Of a stretch of DNA of 44,710 nucleotides, positions 32,484 to 41,961 are shown in pieces. The DNA is from Sphingobacteriales bacterium (GTDB lineage: Bacteria; Bacteroidota; Bacteroidia; Sphingobacteriales; Sphingobacteriaceae). A program made the translations under genes and the position numbers. The notes below the pieces were generated by a model. The model was given only the letters and a program-made list of their open reading frames with translations, did not search any database and was not told the DNA's origin. The DNA lies in the NCBI GenBank assembly GCA_043780395.1, contig JAYWCR010000025.1, forward strand, positions 1 through 44,710, in the 5' to 3' direction. How positions within the stretch are numbered: the first letter of the stretch is position 1; every line of letters begins with the position of its first letter.

Positions 32484-33086
32484 ATGCTCATACGCCCTGC
32501 AAACAGTACCGATGCCGACCAGATCCTGGCCATCTATGCCCCTTATATCTACCATTCTGCCATTACTTTTGAAACAGAAGTGCCTTCTGCTGAAGATTTT
32601 AAAGCAAGGGTAGCAAGGATCATAGAAAAGTACCCGTGGCTGGTCTGTGAAGAAGAAGGGCAGATCATAGGCTATGCCTATGCCGGTGGCCATCGTGACC
32701 GCATTGCCTATCAATGGTCAGTGGAGATCTCTGTCTATATCAATGAAGCAGCGCATGGAAGAGGCGTGGCCACACATCTTTATCAGGCTTTGCTTGCCTT
32801 GCTTAAAATTCAGGGGGTCGTAAATATATATGCCCTGATCACAGTACCTAATCTTAAAAGTATTGCCCTTCATGCACGCTTTGGATTTAAGGAACTCATA
32901 GTCTTTGAGAAGATCGGTTATAAAGAAGGCGCATGGCATGATGTACAGTGGATGCTGCTGGTGATCAATGCACATGAGAAGGTTCAGTCAGCGCCAATTC
33001 CATTTGTTCAACTTAGAAACGACAGCCGCTTGCTGGAAATTCTTGAAAAAGAAAATAGTTCCCTCAATGGAGAATCCAATGGTTAA
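32484..33086 (+). CDS. GNAT N-acetyltransferase, phosphinothricin/methionine-sulfoximine acetyltransferase-like
   Basis: 'IRPANSTDADQILAIY...ITFETEVPS', 'GYAYAG..RDR.AYQWSVE.SVYI' and 'RGVATHLY' resemble the PAT/MddA subfamily. Confidence 0.75.
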   Translation: MLIRPANSTDADQILAIYAPYIYHSAITFETEVPSAEDFKARVARIIEKYPWLVCEEEGQIIGYAYAGGHRDRIAYQWSVEISVYINEAAHGRGVATHLYQALLALLKIQGVVNIYALITVPNLKSIALHARFGFKELIVFEKIGYKEGAWHDVQWMLLVINAHEKVQSAPIPFVQLRNDSRLLEILEKENSSLNGESNG

Positions 33087-33118
33087 TTAGGTAATTTCAG
33101 AAGACAAACCCCTCTGAA

Positions 33119-35581
33119 ATGACAAGGTTTATTGAAATTCTATGGTTCATAGGCCTGCTGGCAGGCCCGGGTTCAACTGCACTGGCCCAGGCACCTGCTG
33201 AAAAACTCCTGCTTACAGGCTCGGGTTCAACTGCACTGGCCCAGACGCCTTCAGAAAAGCTGCTGATCTCAGACAGTATTCTCCATATAAAATGGCATGC
33301 GAAATGGATCGAAGCCCCGGGGCAGCCGGCAAACGGCTATGGCATCTACCATTTCCGTAAAATGATAGACCTGCATTCAAAGCCAGCTACCTTCATTGTG
33401 CATGTATCCGGTGATAATCGCTATAAGTTATATGTGAACGGAGATCTTGTTGCGCTCGGGCCTGCCCGGGGTGATCTTTTTCACTGGTACTATGAAACGG
33501 TCGATCTTGCCCCTTTTTTAAAAGCAGGAAGCAACCAGCTGGCAGCCGTGGTCTGGAATGACGGAGAATGGAAGCCGCAGGCCCAGCTAACCTACCGGAC
33601 GGCCTTTATTCTGGCCGGTAATTCAGCTGCAGAGCGCATAGCCGATACAGGCCCCGGCTGGAAGGCTATTGCTGATTCGGCTTATACTGCCTTTACTCCC
33701 AGAGTTACCGGCTATTATTATCTTACCGGGCCGGGTGAAAAGATCAACTATCACCGCTATCCCGAAAATTGGGAGGGCCTGAGTTTTAATGATCAGACAT
33801 GGAGAGCGGCAAAGCCTGTATTTGAAGGGTCGCCCAAGGGATCCTTTGACTGGTCAGACGGCTGGATGCTGCTGCCGGCCATGATCCCTGCACCAGAACT
33901 CAGGGTGCAACGCCTGCAGCGTATACGCATTGCTACCGGAATGCCTATGCCTGCATATGATGCTGCAAAACCGTTCAGGATCATGGTGCCTGCCCATTCC
34001 CATATCAAGTTCCTGATTGATCAGGGCTTTTTGACCAATGCCTACCCGGTATTGAAGTTCAGCGCAGGAGCAGGAGCGGGGCTATCCCTTGCCTATGCCG
34101 AGGCTCTTTATATAAAAGACATCAAAGACCCTCAAAGCAATGTCAAGGCGAACCGCAATCAGGTAGAAAATATGCGCTTTTCCGGTAAAACGGATTCTCT
34201 GGTGGCCGATGGGAAGGAGCATTCTTTCAGCCCTCTCTGGTACCGAACCTACAGGTTTCTGAAACTTGAAGTGCAGACAGGGAACGAGGCACTTGAAATT
34301 GAAGATTGCTACGGCTTGTTTACCGGGTATCCCTTCATACTCAATGCCGCTTTTCAGACCGGTGACTCTGTATTGACCCGTATCTTTCAGACCGGCTGGC
34401 ACACAGCCCGGAGCTGCGCGGTAGAGACTTATATGGACTGCCCCTATTATGAAGAGCTCCAGTATGCCGGCGATACGCGGATCCAGGCCCTGGTATCCAT
34501 CTTTAACAGTGGTGACGACCGGCTGATGAGGCAGGCTATCACGCAACTGGATTATTCCCGGATCCCCGAAGGTATCACCTATAGCCGTTACCCCTCCACG
34601 CACCAGCTCATTCCTCCTTTTTCTTTATGGTGGATAGGCATGCTTCATGATTATTACCAGTACCGCAATGATCCGGCATTTATCCGCTCCATGCTGGAGG
34701 GTAGCCGGCAGGTGCTGAAGTTCTTTGAGAAATATCAGCAGGCCGACGGATCATTGAAACCAGTTCCTTACTGGAACTTTACTGACTGGGCAGTAGCGCC
34801 TGGCTGGAACAGCGGTATAGCGCCCAATGATCCGGTATTGGGTTCTGCAGAAATGGACCTTCAGTTGCTATGGGCCTGCCAGCTGGCAGAAGAAATGGAG
34901 CGGTCACTGGGAAGTAAAGAACTGGCCATGACCTATGCAGGCAGGGTAATGCTGCTGAAGAAGACCATCCGCGCCAAATACTGGAACCGGGAGCAGGGTC
35001 TTTTTACTGACCTGAAGGGCAGGAAGGTCTTTTCACAGCATACGAACAGCCTGGCTATCTTAACAGGGGTCGTGGAAGGCGCTCAGGCCAGAGAACTGGC
35101 CGGAAAGATATTAAAGGACAAACACCTGGTCCAGGCTACTATCTATTTCCGGTATTATGTAAATCAGGCTCTGGTGAAGGCAGGTCTGGGAAATGAGTAC
35201 CTCAACCTGCTTGGTGACTGGAAAACACAACTCGACCATGGGCTGAGCACCTGGGCAGAAATTTCAGATGTGGATCATGCCCGTTCTGACTGCCATGCCT
35301 GGGGAGCCAGCCCGAACATTGAATTTATCAGAACTGTACTGGGCATTGATGCTGCCACACCGGGTTTTACAAGAATAAGGATCGAACCCCATCTGGGCAG
35401 GCTTGAGAAAGCAAGTGGAAGCATGCCCCATCCAAACGGGCTTATTTCCGTGAACTATGAAAAAAAAGGCAGTCAATGGTTTATACGTATCACGCTCCCT
35501 CAAAAAACCAGGGGATCCCTGATCTGGAAGGGTCTAAGATTCGAATTGGACGCCGGAAAGGAAACCATTCTTAAAGTTTAA
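33119..35581 (+). CDS. Alpha-L-rhamnosidase-like glycoside hydrolase (GH78-like six-hairpin glycosidase), secreted
   Basis: 820 aa with a signal peptide. 'VSGDNRYKLYVNG' is the N-terminal rhamnosidase-type beta-sandwich, and 'MDCPYYEELQYAGDTR' is analogous to GH78 'DCPxRxExxGWxGD'. The C-terminal beta-sandwich includes 'IRIEPHLG'. Confidence 0.65.
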   Translation: MTRFIEILWFIGLLAGPGSTALAQAPAEKLLLTGSGSTALAQTPSEKLLISDSILHIKWHAKWIEAPGQPANGYGIYHFRKMIDLHSKPATFIVHVSGDNRYKLYVNGDLVALGPARGDLFHWYYETVDLAPFLKAGSNQLAAVVWNDGEWKPQAQLTYRTAFILAGNSAAERIADTGPGWKAIADSAYTAFTPRVTGYYYLTGPGEKINYHRYPENWEGLSFNDQTWRAAKPVFEGSPKGSFDWSDGWMLLPAMIPAPELRVQRLQRIRIATGMPMPAYDAAKPFRIMVPAHSHIKFLIDQGFLTNAYPVLKFSAGAGAGLSLAYAEALYIKDIKDPQSNVKANRNQVENMRFSGKTDSLVADGKEHSFSPLWYRTYRFLKLEVQTGNEALEIEDCYGLFTGYPFILNAAFQTGDSVLTRIFQTGWHTARSCAVETYMDCPYYEELQYAGDTRIQALVSIFNSGDDRLMRQAITQLDYSRIPEGITYSRYPSTHQLIPPFSLWWIGMLHDYYQYRNDPAFIRSMLEGSRQVLKFFEKYQQADGSLKPVPYWNFTDWAVAPGWNSGIAPNDPVLGSAEMDLQLLWACQLAEEMERSLGSKELAMTYAGRVMLLKKTIRAKYWNREQGLFTDLKGRKVFSQHTNSLAILTGVVEGAQARELAGKILKDKHLVQATIYFRYYVNQALVKAGLGNEYLNLLGDWKTQLDHGLSTWAEISDVDHARSDCHAWGASPNIEFIRTVLGIDAATPGFTRIRIEPHLGRLEKASGSMPHPNGLISVNYEKKGSQWFIRITLPQKTRGSLIWKGLRFELDAGKETILKV
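33165..33272 (+). repeat. 54-nt (18-aa) in-frame tandem duplication spanning the signal-peptide cleavage region
   Basis: 'gggttcaactgcactggcccag' occurs at 33169 and again exactly 54 nt later at 33223. The peptides are GPGSTALAQAPAEKLLLT and GSGSTALAQTPSEKLLIS. Confidence 0.85.
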
Positions 35582-35629
35582 CGCTGCTTGTTTGTATAAC
35601 AGACAAATTAATTTAATTTTAGTGTCTGT

Positions 35630-36352
35630 ATGTTAAACATGTTTATTCACGGTAATATTAAATTCCTGAGGCTGAGAAAGGGTGTTACCCAGGCCGATGC
35701 TTCCGCCTCGATGAGCTTTTCACGTTCACAGCTTGCTGGTTATGAAAGCACGATCAGGCCTACCCTTGATGCCCTGCTCTCTCTCTCGGCTTATTTCTGC
35801 ATAAGTACAGATGCCCTGCTTAAGATTGAGCTCGGAACTCTTACAGAATATAAGATCCGGGAACTGATCCATGGCAACGAAAGTTTTATAAGTGGAAACA
35901 AGCTCAGGGTCATTGCTACCAGTGTCAATCATGAAGGTGAGGATCTTACCGAAGTAGTGCCTGTCAGGGCAAGAGCAGGCTATATGAACGGGCATACCGA
36001 CCCTGAATATATAGGTGAACTTCCAAGGCTAACTTTTCCTTTTCTTTCCAAATCATTGAAATATAGAATGTTTCAGCTTGAAGGCGATTCCATGCTTCCC
36101 ATGAACACGCATTCCTATGTGGTCTGCTCGTACCTTGATAACTGGAACAGGCTTGTGGAAGGTCATAAATATGTGCTTCTGACAAGGCAGGAAGGGATTG
36201 TTTTTAAACTGGTATATTTTAAAAAAGCGGATAAGAGTACCCTGCTTCTATGTTCGTTAAATACAGAATATAAGCCTTTTGAGATCAATATGGAAAACAT
36301 TCTTGAAATCTGGCGGTTTGAAATTCATATAACTGAACCTTTGTATGCCTGA
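35630..36352 (+). CDS. XRE-family HTH / S24 (LexA-like) self-cleaving repressor
   Basis: N-terminal HTH ('LRKGVTQADASASMSFSRSQLAGYESTIRPTLDALLSLSAYF') and C-terminal S24 peptidase with 'QLEGDSMLPM' (catalytic Ser). An alternative start lies at 35639. Confidence 0.8.
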   Translation: MLNMFIHGNIKFLRLRKGVTQADASASMSFSRSQLAGYESTIRPTLDALLSLSAYFCISTDALLKIELGTLTEYKIRELIHGNESFISGNKLRVIATSVNHEGEDLTEVVPVRARAGYMNGHTDPEYIGELPRLTFPFLSKSLKYRMFQLEGDSMLPMNTHSYVVCSYLDNWNRLVEGHKYVLLTRQEGIVFKLVYFKKADKSTLLLCSLNTEYKPFEINMENILEIWRFEIHITEPLYA

Positions 36353-36455
36353 GGGCTTGTATAGTATATTTAGTTATCTTTGTGCCGCCTGTTCAAGGCA
36401 TCATACTTACAAGTTTTTGTACAGGTAAAGTTTACCGGTTCCGATCTGTTCCCAC

Positions 36456-37166
36456 ATGGAAAATCTTAGTGAAATAATGGCTTCCCGCAATGACAAGCAA
36501 CTGGAAGACCTGATAATAAAAAGAGTGCGTTATGCGGCCGATTCTGTAGAAGCTGCCATTGCAGAACTTGAAAAGAGGGGGCGGATCTTCTCTTTTGCTG
36601 AACTCAGGGCTATCGACATTGATCTGCGTGCTAAAAAAAGGGCTGAAAATGAGAAGCCTGCTGACCCCTGGTTTCAATTGCCAGCTGCGCCTGATACGAC
36701 CTTAAGGGTCCAGGAAGCTGGTTCTGCGACTGGTTCTGATGATTCGCTGGCACCAAGTTATTTTTCACCCAGAGCGATTAATATTTTTACCATTCTTTTC
36801 GGAGCCATTTACGGGGCTATTCTGCTGGCTATTAATTTCAATAAGTCAGGGAATAAAAAAGCTGTCTGGGAGGTGGTTATATTCGGAATACTTTATACAA
36901 TCGGGATCAGCCTTTTAATGAGGTTAATTCCTGTGCCGGCACCTAAACAACAGGTTTTACTGTTCCTTTACAGTGCATTACAGGTTCTCTTCAATGTGCT
37001 GGGAGCTTTTCTGCTGATCAGGTTTTTCTGGAAAAAATATATTGGCACAGATACCCCTTTTACGGCCCGTCCGATCGGAAATCTGATCTTTATTTCAATT
37101 CTGGTTGTGATCGGTATTGTATACCTGTTGATGAGAACGGGTAATATTCCTGTTCCCGTAGCCTAA
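36456..37166 (+). CDS. Hypothetical membrane protein (N-terminal soluble helical domain plus about 4 TM helices)
   Basis: 236-aa ORF. Hydrophobic segments include 'IFTILFGAIYGAILLAINF', 'VVIFGILYTIGISLLM', 'VLLFLYSALQVLFNVLGAFLLI' and 'LIFISILVVIGIVYLL'. No family recognised. Confidence 0.5.
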   Translation: MENLSEIMASRNDKQLEDLIIKRVRYAADSVEAAIAELEKRGRIFSFAELRAIDIDLRAKKRAENEKPADPWFQLPAAPDTTLRVQEAGSATGSDDSLAPSYFSPRAINIFTILFGAIYGAILLAINFNKSGNKKAVWEVVIFGILYTIGISLLMRLIPVPAPKQQVLLFLYSALQVLFNVLGAFLLIRFFWKKYIGTDTPFTARPIGNLIFISILVVIGIVYLLMRTGNIPVPVA

Positions 37167-37178
37167 GGCAATTGAAAT

Positions 37179-37227
37179 AAAAAAGCGAAAAGAACTTTTC
37201 AGATGAAGAGTCCTTTCCGCTTTTTTT
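37179..37227. terminator. Hairpin terminator between convergent genes (the membrane protein gene and slyD)
   Basis: aaaaaagcgaaaag...ctttccgcttttttt: a 9-bp outer stem with one mismatch, flanked by A and T runs. Confidence 0.5.
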
Positions 37228-37232
37228 ATTGT

Positions 37233-37760
37233 TTATAATCCGCTTTCTTCGTCAGACTCTTCTTCTGAATCTTCATGTCCGCCCTGGCCATGTACATGTC
37301 CATGCTCAAGTTCTTCTGCACTTGCATCGCGTACATCCTGGATCTGACCCTTGAAGCGAAGATCCTGGCCTGCCATCGGATGGTTCAGGTCAACTACCAC
37401 TACATCTTCTTCAATAGCAAGTACCTGGCCTTGAAAATGGTGTCCGCTTTCATCCTGTAAAGGAAGCATGCTTCCTTCTTCGGGAAGCTCAGCACCCTGA
37501 AACATTTCTTTGGGAAGCTTTGTGACAGCTTCATCATTATACTCGCCATAAGCATCTTCAGCAGTCAGTTGAAATTCATAAAGATCACCACTTTTCAGCC
37601 CGCTTAAATGCTCTTCGAATTTAGGAAGCATCTGACCTGCACCATATAAGAAAACCAATGGCTCTTCAGGTGTAGTGCTTTCAACCAATGATTCAGTATC
37701 ATCTTCCTTGATATACAGGTCGTAAGTAAGGGATACGACTTTATTATTTTCAATTTTCAT
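37233..37760 (-). CDS. slyD: FKBP-type peptidyl-prolyl cis-trans isomerase SlyD-like, with an acidic/His-containing tail
   Basis: 'VVSLTYDLY', 'PLVFLYGAGQMLPKFEEHLSGLKSGD' and 'VDLNHPMAGQDLRF', with the C-terminus 'HGHVHGQGGHEDSEEESDEE'. Confidence 0.85.
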   Translation of the reverse strand: MKIENNKVVSLTYDLYIKEDDTESLVESTTPEEPLVFLYGAGQMLPKFEEHLSGLKSGDLYEFQLTAEDAYGEYNDEAVTKLPKEMFQGAELPEEGSMLPLQDESGHHFQGQVLAIEEDVVVVDLNHPMAGQDLRFKGQIQDVRDASAEELEHGHVHGQGGHEDSEEESDEESGL

Positions 37761-37886
37761 CTTGCTGTGTATTAAGTGATCTTAAAGCTCAAATGTACCA
37801 ATCCTGCGTTGGTTGTGGTGCATGTTCCTGTTCTCAATAAAGTTTTTACATAGTTCAGAACAGTACAGCACAGACTGTCAGCCCAT

Positions 37887-37918
37887 AAAAAAAGGTTACC
37901 TGCGGTGGTAACCTTTTT
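37887..37918 (-). terminator. Rho-independent terminator after the gluconate-2-DH-subunit-3-like gene
   Basis: aaaggttacc-tgcggt-ggtaaccttt, with a T-run on the minus strand. Confidence 0.7.
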
Positions 37919-37938
37919 AGTTCTGGAAAAATGACAGA

Positions 37939-38613
37939 TCAGGAAGTTGCCCAGGCTTTCTGGCCTTTCAGGTATGGCACATCCCCATCATAATGGCCCG
38001 GAACTGCTACATAGCTCAATGCCTTCGTAGCTCCTTCTTTAGAAGTGAAATACCCCCAGAGGGTGAGTTGCTTGAACATGGTAAAATAATGCTCTGGTGG
38101 TTTGACCACTTTGGCAGCAATGCTTTCACGGTTCAGGTTAGCTTCCCTGGCTGCGGCCTCATAGACCTGGGTCTTTGCATCTTTAGCAGGTTCTGCAGGC
38201 TTTGCAGCATGCATATTTTTCTGGTATTCCTTGGCTTCAGTATCAAGCTGCACAAGCAGGTCGTGCTTTTGCCCCGCTTCAAGGTCAACAAAAGACTTCT
38301 GGTATTTAGTCTGGCTCGAGGCGTTCAGTTTTACGATCCCGTCTGTAAAGAGTTTCTGGTTGGCAGGCGTATAACAGTCGCTCACCATCGTATTCATGAA
38401 CTCACCTATTTTGGCAGCTTTAGCACCTGGTGAAGAAGCTGTAGCCGGAAGAATGGTTTCCCCAACTTCATCCAGAAAAGCGATGTTATCAGCAGTTAAA
38501 ATGCCTTTCTGGGTTTTAGTTCCGGTGGAACAGCCAGACAGGAATGCATCTGCGCCTATAATTGTGCCTCCCAGTAGCAGGGCTACTGTAGATAAGGCTT
38601 CTCTTCTATTCAT
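37939..38613 (-). CDS. Gluconate 2-dehydrogenase subunit 3-family protein (Tat-signal small subunit)
   Basis: 'MNRREALSTVALLLGGTIIGADAFLSGCS' Tat-type signal with a lipobox. Size (~224 aa) and the 'LTLWGYFTS' C-terminal block are typical. The start is trimmed to 38613; the track ORF starts at 38664. Confidence 0.6.
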   Translation of the reverse strand: MNRREALSTVALLLGGTIIGADAFLSGCSTGTKTQKGILTADNIAFLDEVGETILPATASSPGAKAAKIGEFMNTMVSDCYTPANQKLFTDGIVKLNASSQTKYQKSFVDLEAGQKHDLLVQLDTEAKEYQKNMHAAKPAEPAKDAKTQVYEAAAREANLNRESIAAKVVKPPEHYFTMFKQLTLWGYFTSKEGATKALSYVAVPGHYDGDVPYLKGQKAWATS

Positions 38614-38738
38614 TTTTATGAGTTGATCGTAAAGCAATTTGGCATTAAATTTCTGTATAATCAAATATTTCCTTTTAACTAACTTGTAGTATTCATTGGC
38701 AGTACAGGGGTGTTAAAAGCCCGTAAAGAAATCAAAGG

Positions 38739-40307
38739 ATGGAATCTATATTCAGATACGGTATTGACAGGCTTACGGTTGGTAAATGCCTTGATCTTGC
38801 AGAAAGGAAGATAAATGGAATTCTGGACCCTGAGGCCAGAACAAAGGTGGCTGCCTCAAGGGCTCATGTAGATCAGATCGTAAAAAGTGGTCAGGTTGTT
38901 TATGGGATCAATACAGGCTTCGGTCCTTTATGTGATACCCTGATCTCTGAGAATGATACCCGCTCACTCCAGTACAATATACTCCAGAGCCATAGTGTTG
39001 GCATTGGCAGAGCCGTACCTGAAATTATTTCAAAGATCATGATGATCACCAAGGTCCATGCCCTGGCCCAGGGATATTCCGGAGTTCGTCTTGAAACGCT
39101 GGACAGGATACTGACCTTTCTTGAACTGGGTATCCATCCGGTTGTTCCTGAAAAAGGTTCTGTTGGAGCTTCAGGTGACCTTGCCCCCCTTGCGCATCTC
39201 TTTCTTCCTCTTATAGGTATGGGTGAGGTGACCTTTAAGGGAGTTACGATGCCTGCTGGGCGGTGCCTTCAGCTCAGGCAGCTGGAGCCGCTAGTACTTG
39301 GACCCAAAGAAGGCCTGGCCCTGATCAATGGTACACAGTTTATTCTTGCCTTTGCTGTACTGGGTCTTAAGCGCATGCATACTATTCTTGAAACTGCAGA
39401 TATTGCCGGTGCTATGTCATTGGAAGGGCTTATGGGTTCCTCTCATCCATTTGATCTGCGCCTGCATTCCCTGAGGCCTTTTGCAGGAAATCTGTTTGTT
39501 GCCCACCGGTTGAGAACCTTGCTGGAAGGATCGGAAATTCTGGTCTCTCATGCAGATTGTGGCCGGGTGCAGGATCCTTACTCTCTGAGATGTATGCCCC
39601 AGGTTCATGGTGCTTCCAGAAATGCCTGGTTACATCTGAAAGAGCTTGTTACTATTGAATTGAATTCTGTCACCGATAATCCTGTGATCTTCAATGACAG
39701 GGAAACTATCAGCGGAGGTAATTTTCATGGACAGCCCCTTGCCCTGCCCCTTGATTATACCACCTTTGCGGCTGCTGAACTAGGTAATATTGCTGACCGG
39801 CGCTGTTACCTGATGACAGAGGGCCGGTTCGGACTTCCCCGGCTTCTGATCGATGAGCCGGGCCTGAACTCTGGTTTTATGATTCCCCAGTATACGGCTG
39901 CCGCCCTGGTCAGTGAAAACAAGACCTATTGTTTTCCGGCCAGTGCAGACAGTATTCCCACTTCTCTGGGGCAGGAAGACCATGTGTCCATGGGTTCTAT
40001 AAGCGGGCGCAAGCTTCATATGGTGGTAGACAACCTTGAATATATTATGGCCATAGAGCTCCTTTACTCCTCTCAGGCCCTGGATTATCGCAGGCCGCTG
40101 AAATCAACTCCTATCTTGGAAGCCTGCCATAAGCTGGTGCGTGAGCATGTCTCTTTTGCCACTAAAGACCGCATATTTTCTATAGATATAGAAAAATTAA
40201 GAACCATTGTAAGTGAAGGAATATTGCCGGCCCTTGCCTGCACAGTGTCGGAAGAAAGAATTTTGAACCTGACGGATAAAAACTATGAATGCTTCGGACT
40301 TTATTAG
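38739..40307 (+). CDS. hutH: Histidine ammonia-lyase
   Basis: MIO-forming '[15 protein letters not shown]', plus 'NGTQ' and 'QEDHVSMG' motifs. Followed by hutU, hutI and hutG. Confidence 0.93.
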   Translation: MESIFRYGIDRLTVGKCLDLAERKINGILDPEARTKVAASRAHVDQIVKSGQVVYGINTGFGPLCDTLISENDTRSLQYNILQSHSVGIGRAVPEIISKIMMITKVHALAQGYSGVRLETLDRILTFLELGIHPVVPEKGSVGASGDLAPLAHLFLPLIGMGEVTFKGVTMPAGRCLQLRQLEPLVLGPKEGLALINGTQFILAFAVLGLKRMHTILETADIAGAMSLEGLMGSSHPFDLRLHSLRPFAGNLFVAHRLRTLLEGSEILVSHADCGRVQDPYSLRCMPQVHGASRNAWLHLKELVTIELNSVTDNPVIFNDRETISGGNFHGQPLALPLDYTTFAAAELGNIADRRCYLMTEGRFGLPRLLIDEPGLNSGFMIPQYTAAALVSENKTYCFPASADSIPTSLGQEDHVSMGSISGRKLHMVVDNLEYIMAIELLYSSQALDYRRPLKSTPILEACHKLVREHVSFATKDRIFSIDIEKLRTIVSEGILPALACTVSEERILNLTDKNYECFGLY

Positions 40308-41961
40308 AATCTATGCCAGCCATCCCCATTATAAGGCCCCCCGGGGAACCGTGCTTCATGCCAGAAGCTGGCAGACAGAGGCGCCCCTGCGTATGTTGCT
40401 GAATAACCTCGATGCCCAGGTGGCTGAAGATCCTGCTGCACTTGTGGTTTACGGAGGTAACGGGCAGGCAGCCAGAAATGTAGATTGCCTGCATAAGATC
40501 ATTGAAATTCTCCTTGAGCTTGATGAAGAGCATTCACTGCTCATTCAGTCAGGTAAGCCGGTAGGTATTGTGCGCTCCCATCCTCAGGCTCCCCGCGTGC
40601 TGATCGCCAATAGCAATCTGGTGCCTGCATGGGCGAACTGGGAACATTTTAATTCACTTAAATCACAGGGTCTTATGATGTACGGGCAGATGACTGCCGG
40701 GAGCTGGATCTATATCGGTACCCAGGGCATTCTGCAGGGAACATATGAAACATTTATGGAATGTGCCCGCCAGTATTTTGGAGGGAGCCTGAAAGGCAAG
40801 CTGCTTGTCACTGCAGGCCTGGGAGGCATGGGTGGGGCCCAACCCCTGGCCGCAACAATGGCGGGCGGGATCTGTCTGGCTGCAGATACAGACCCGTGGC
40901 GTATCAGAAAAAGGCTTGATACACATTATATAGACCGGATGACTGATTCACTTGAAGAAGCTCTCTCCTGGATCTGGCCGGCCATGGAGAAGGGTGAGCC
41001 CCTGTCTGTAGGCCTTGTTTCTGATGCGGGCGATATGCTTGAAAAGCTCCTTGCTGCCGGTATCTATCCCGATATGCTTACTGACCAGACCTCCGCGCAT
41101 GATCCTCTGAACGGGTATATCCCAAACGGACTGAGTCTGGACGAGGCAGCCCTGCTCAGAAACCATGACCCAGTGCTTTATAAAGAACGTGCTGTCAGAA
41201 GTATGGCACGTCATGTAGGTTTTATGCTTGAGATGAAGAAACACGGATCAGTCACCTTTGATTATGGAAATAACCTGCGAGAATTTGCAAGGCAGGGAGG
41301 GCAGGAAGCTGCCTATGCCTACCAGGGCTTTTGCCCTGCCTTCATCAGGCCTTTATTCTGTGAGGGAAAGGGCCCTTTCAGGTGGGTAGCTTTGTCGGGT
41401 GATCCTGAAGATATTTTTACGACCGATAAAGCGCTGGCCGAAGCCTTTCCAGAAAATATAGAATTGCATAAATGGCTTGAAAAGGCTGCCCGGCTGGTAA
41501 GTTTCCAGGGCCTTCCGGCCAGGATCTGCTGGCTGGGTATGGGTGAGCGTGAAAAAGCAGGGCTTCTGTTTAATGAACTTGTGGCCACAAAAAAAGTAAA
41601 AGGGCCCATCGTCATCGGCCGCGATCATCTCGACTGCGGCTCCGTAGCCTCACCCAACCGTGAAACAGAAGCAATGGCCGACGGATCGGATGCAGTCTCT
41701 GACTGGCCGCTGCTAAACTTAATGGCCAATACTTCAGGTGGGGCTACCTGGGTATCCTTTCATCATGGGGGAGGAGTTGGGATGGGCTTTTCACAGCATG
41801 CAGGGATGGTTGTAGTGGCCGACGGCACAGAGCGGGCTGCTTCCTGCCTTCGCAGGGTGCTCTACAATGATCCGGCTATGGGTATATTCAGGCATATGGA
41901 TGCCGGATATGAAAAAGCCACTGAATGGGCAGCAAGATTTGACCTGCAGTTATGGCCATAA
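40285..41961 (+). CDS. hutU: Urocanate hydratase
   Basis: '[26 protein letters not shown]', '[13 protein letters not shown]', '[12 protein letters not shown]' and 'GRDHLD'. Confidence 0.95.
   Translation: MNASDFIRIYASHPHYKAPRGTVLHARSWQTEAPLRMLLNNLDAQVAEDPAALVVYGGNGQAARNVDCLHKIIEILLELDEEHSLLIQSGKPVGIVRSHPQAPRVLIANSNLVPAWANWEHFNSLKSQGLMMYGQMTAGSWIYIGTQGILQGTYETFMECARQYFGGSLKGKLLVTAGLGGMGGAQPLAATMAGGICLAADTDPWRIRKRLDTHYIDRMTDSLEEALSWIWPAMEKGEPLSVGLVSDAGDMLEKLLAAGIYPDMLTDQTSAHDPLNGYIPNGLSLDEAALLRNHDPVLYKERAVRSMARHVGFMLEMKKHGSVTFDYGNNLREFARQGGQEAAYAYQGFCPAFIRPLFCEGKGPFRWVALSGDPEDIFTTDKALAEAFPENIELHKWLEKAARLVSFQGLPARICWLGMGEREKAGLLFNELVATKKVKGPIVIGRDHLDCGSVASPNRETEAMADGSDAVSDWPLLNLMANTSGGATWVSFHHGGGVGMGFSQHAGMVVVADGTERAASCLRRVLYNDPAMGIFRHMDAGYEKATEWAARFDLQLWP

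Noticed and set aside
38739-40307. The ammonia-lyase could be a tyrosine/phenylalanine ammonia-lyase feeding an aryl-polyene or flexirubin pathway linked to the KS/ACP operon.
   Set aside because: It heads a complete hutHUIG operon and lies 21 kb from the KS operon on the other strand. The simplest reading is histidine ammonia-lyase.
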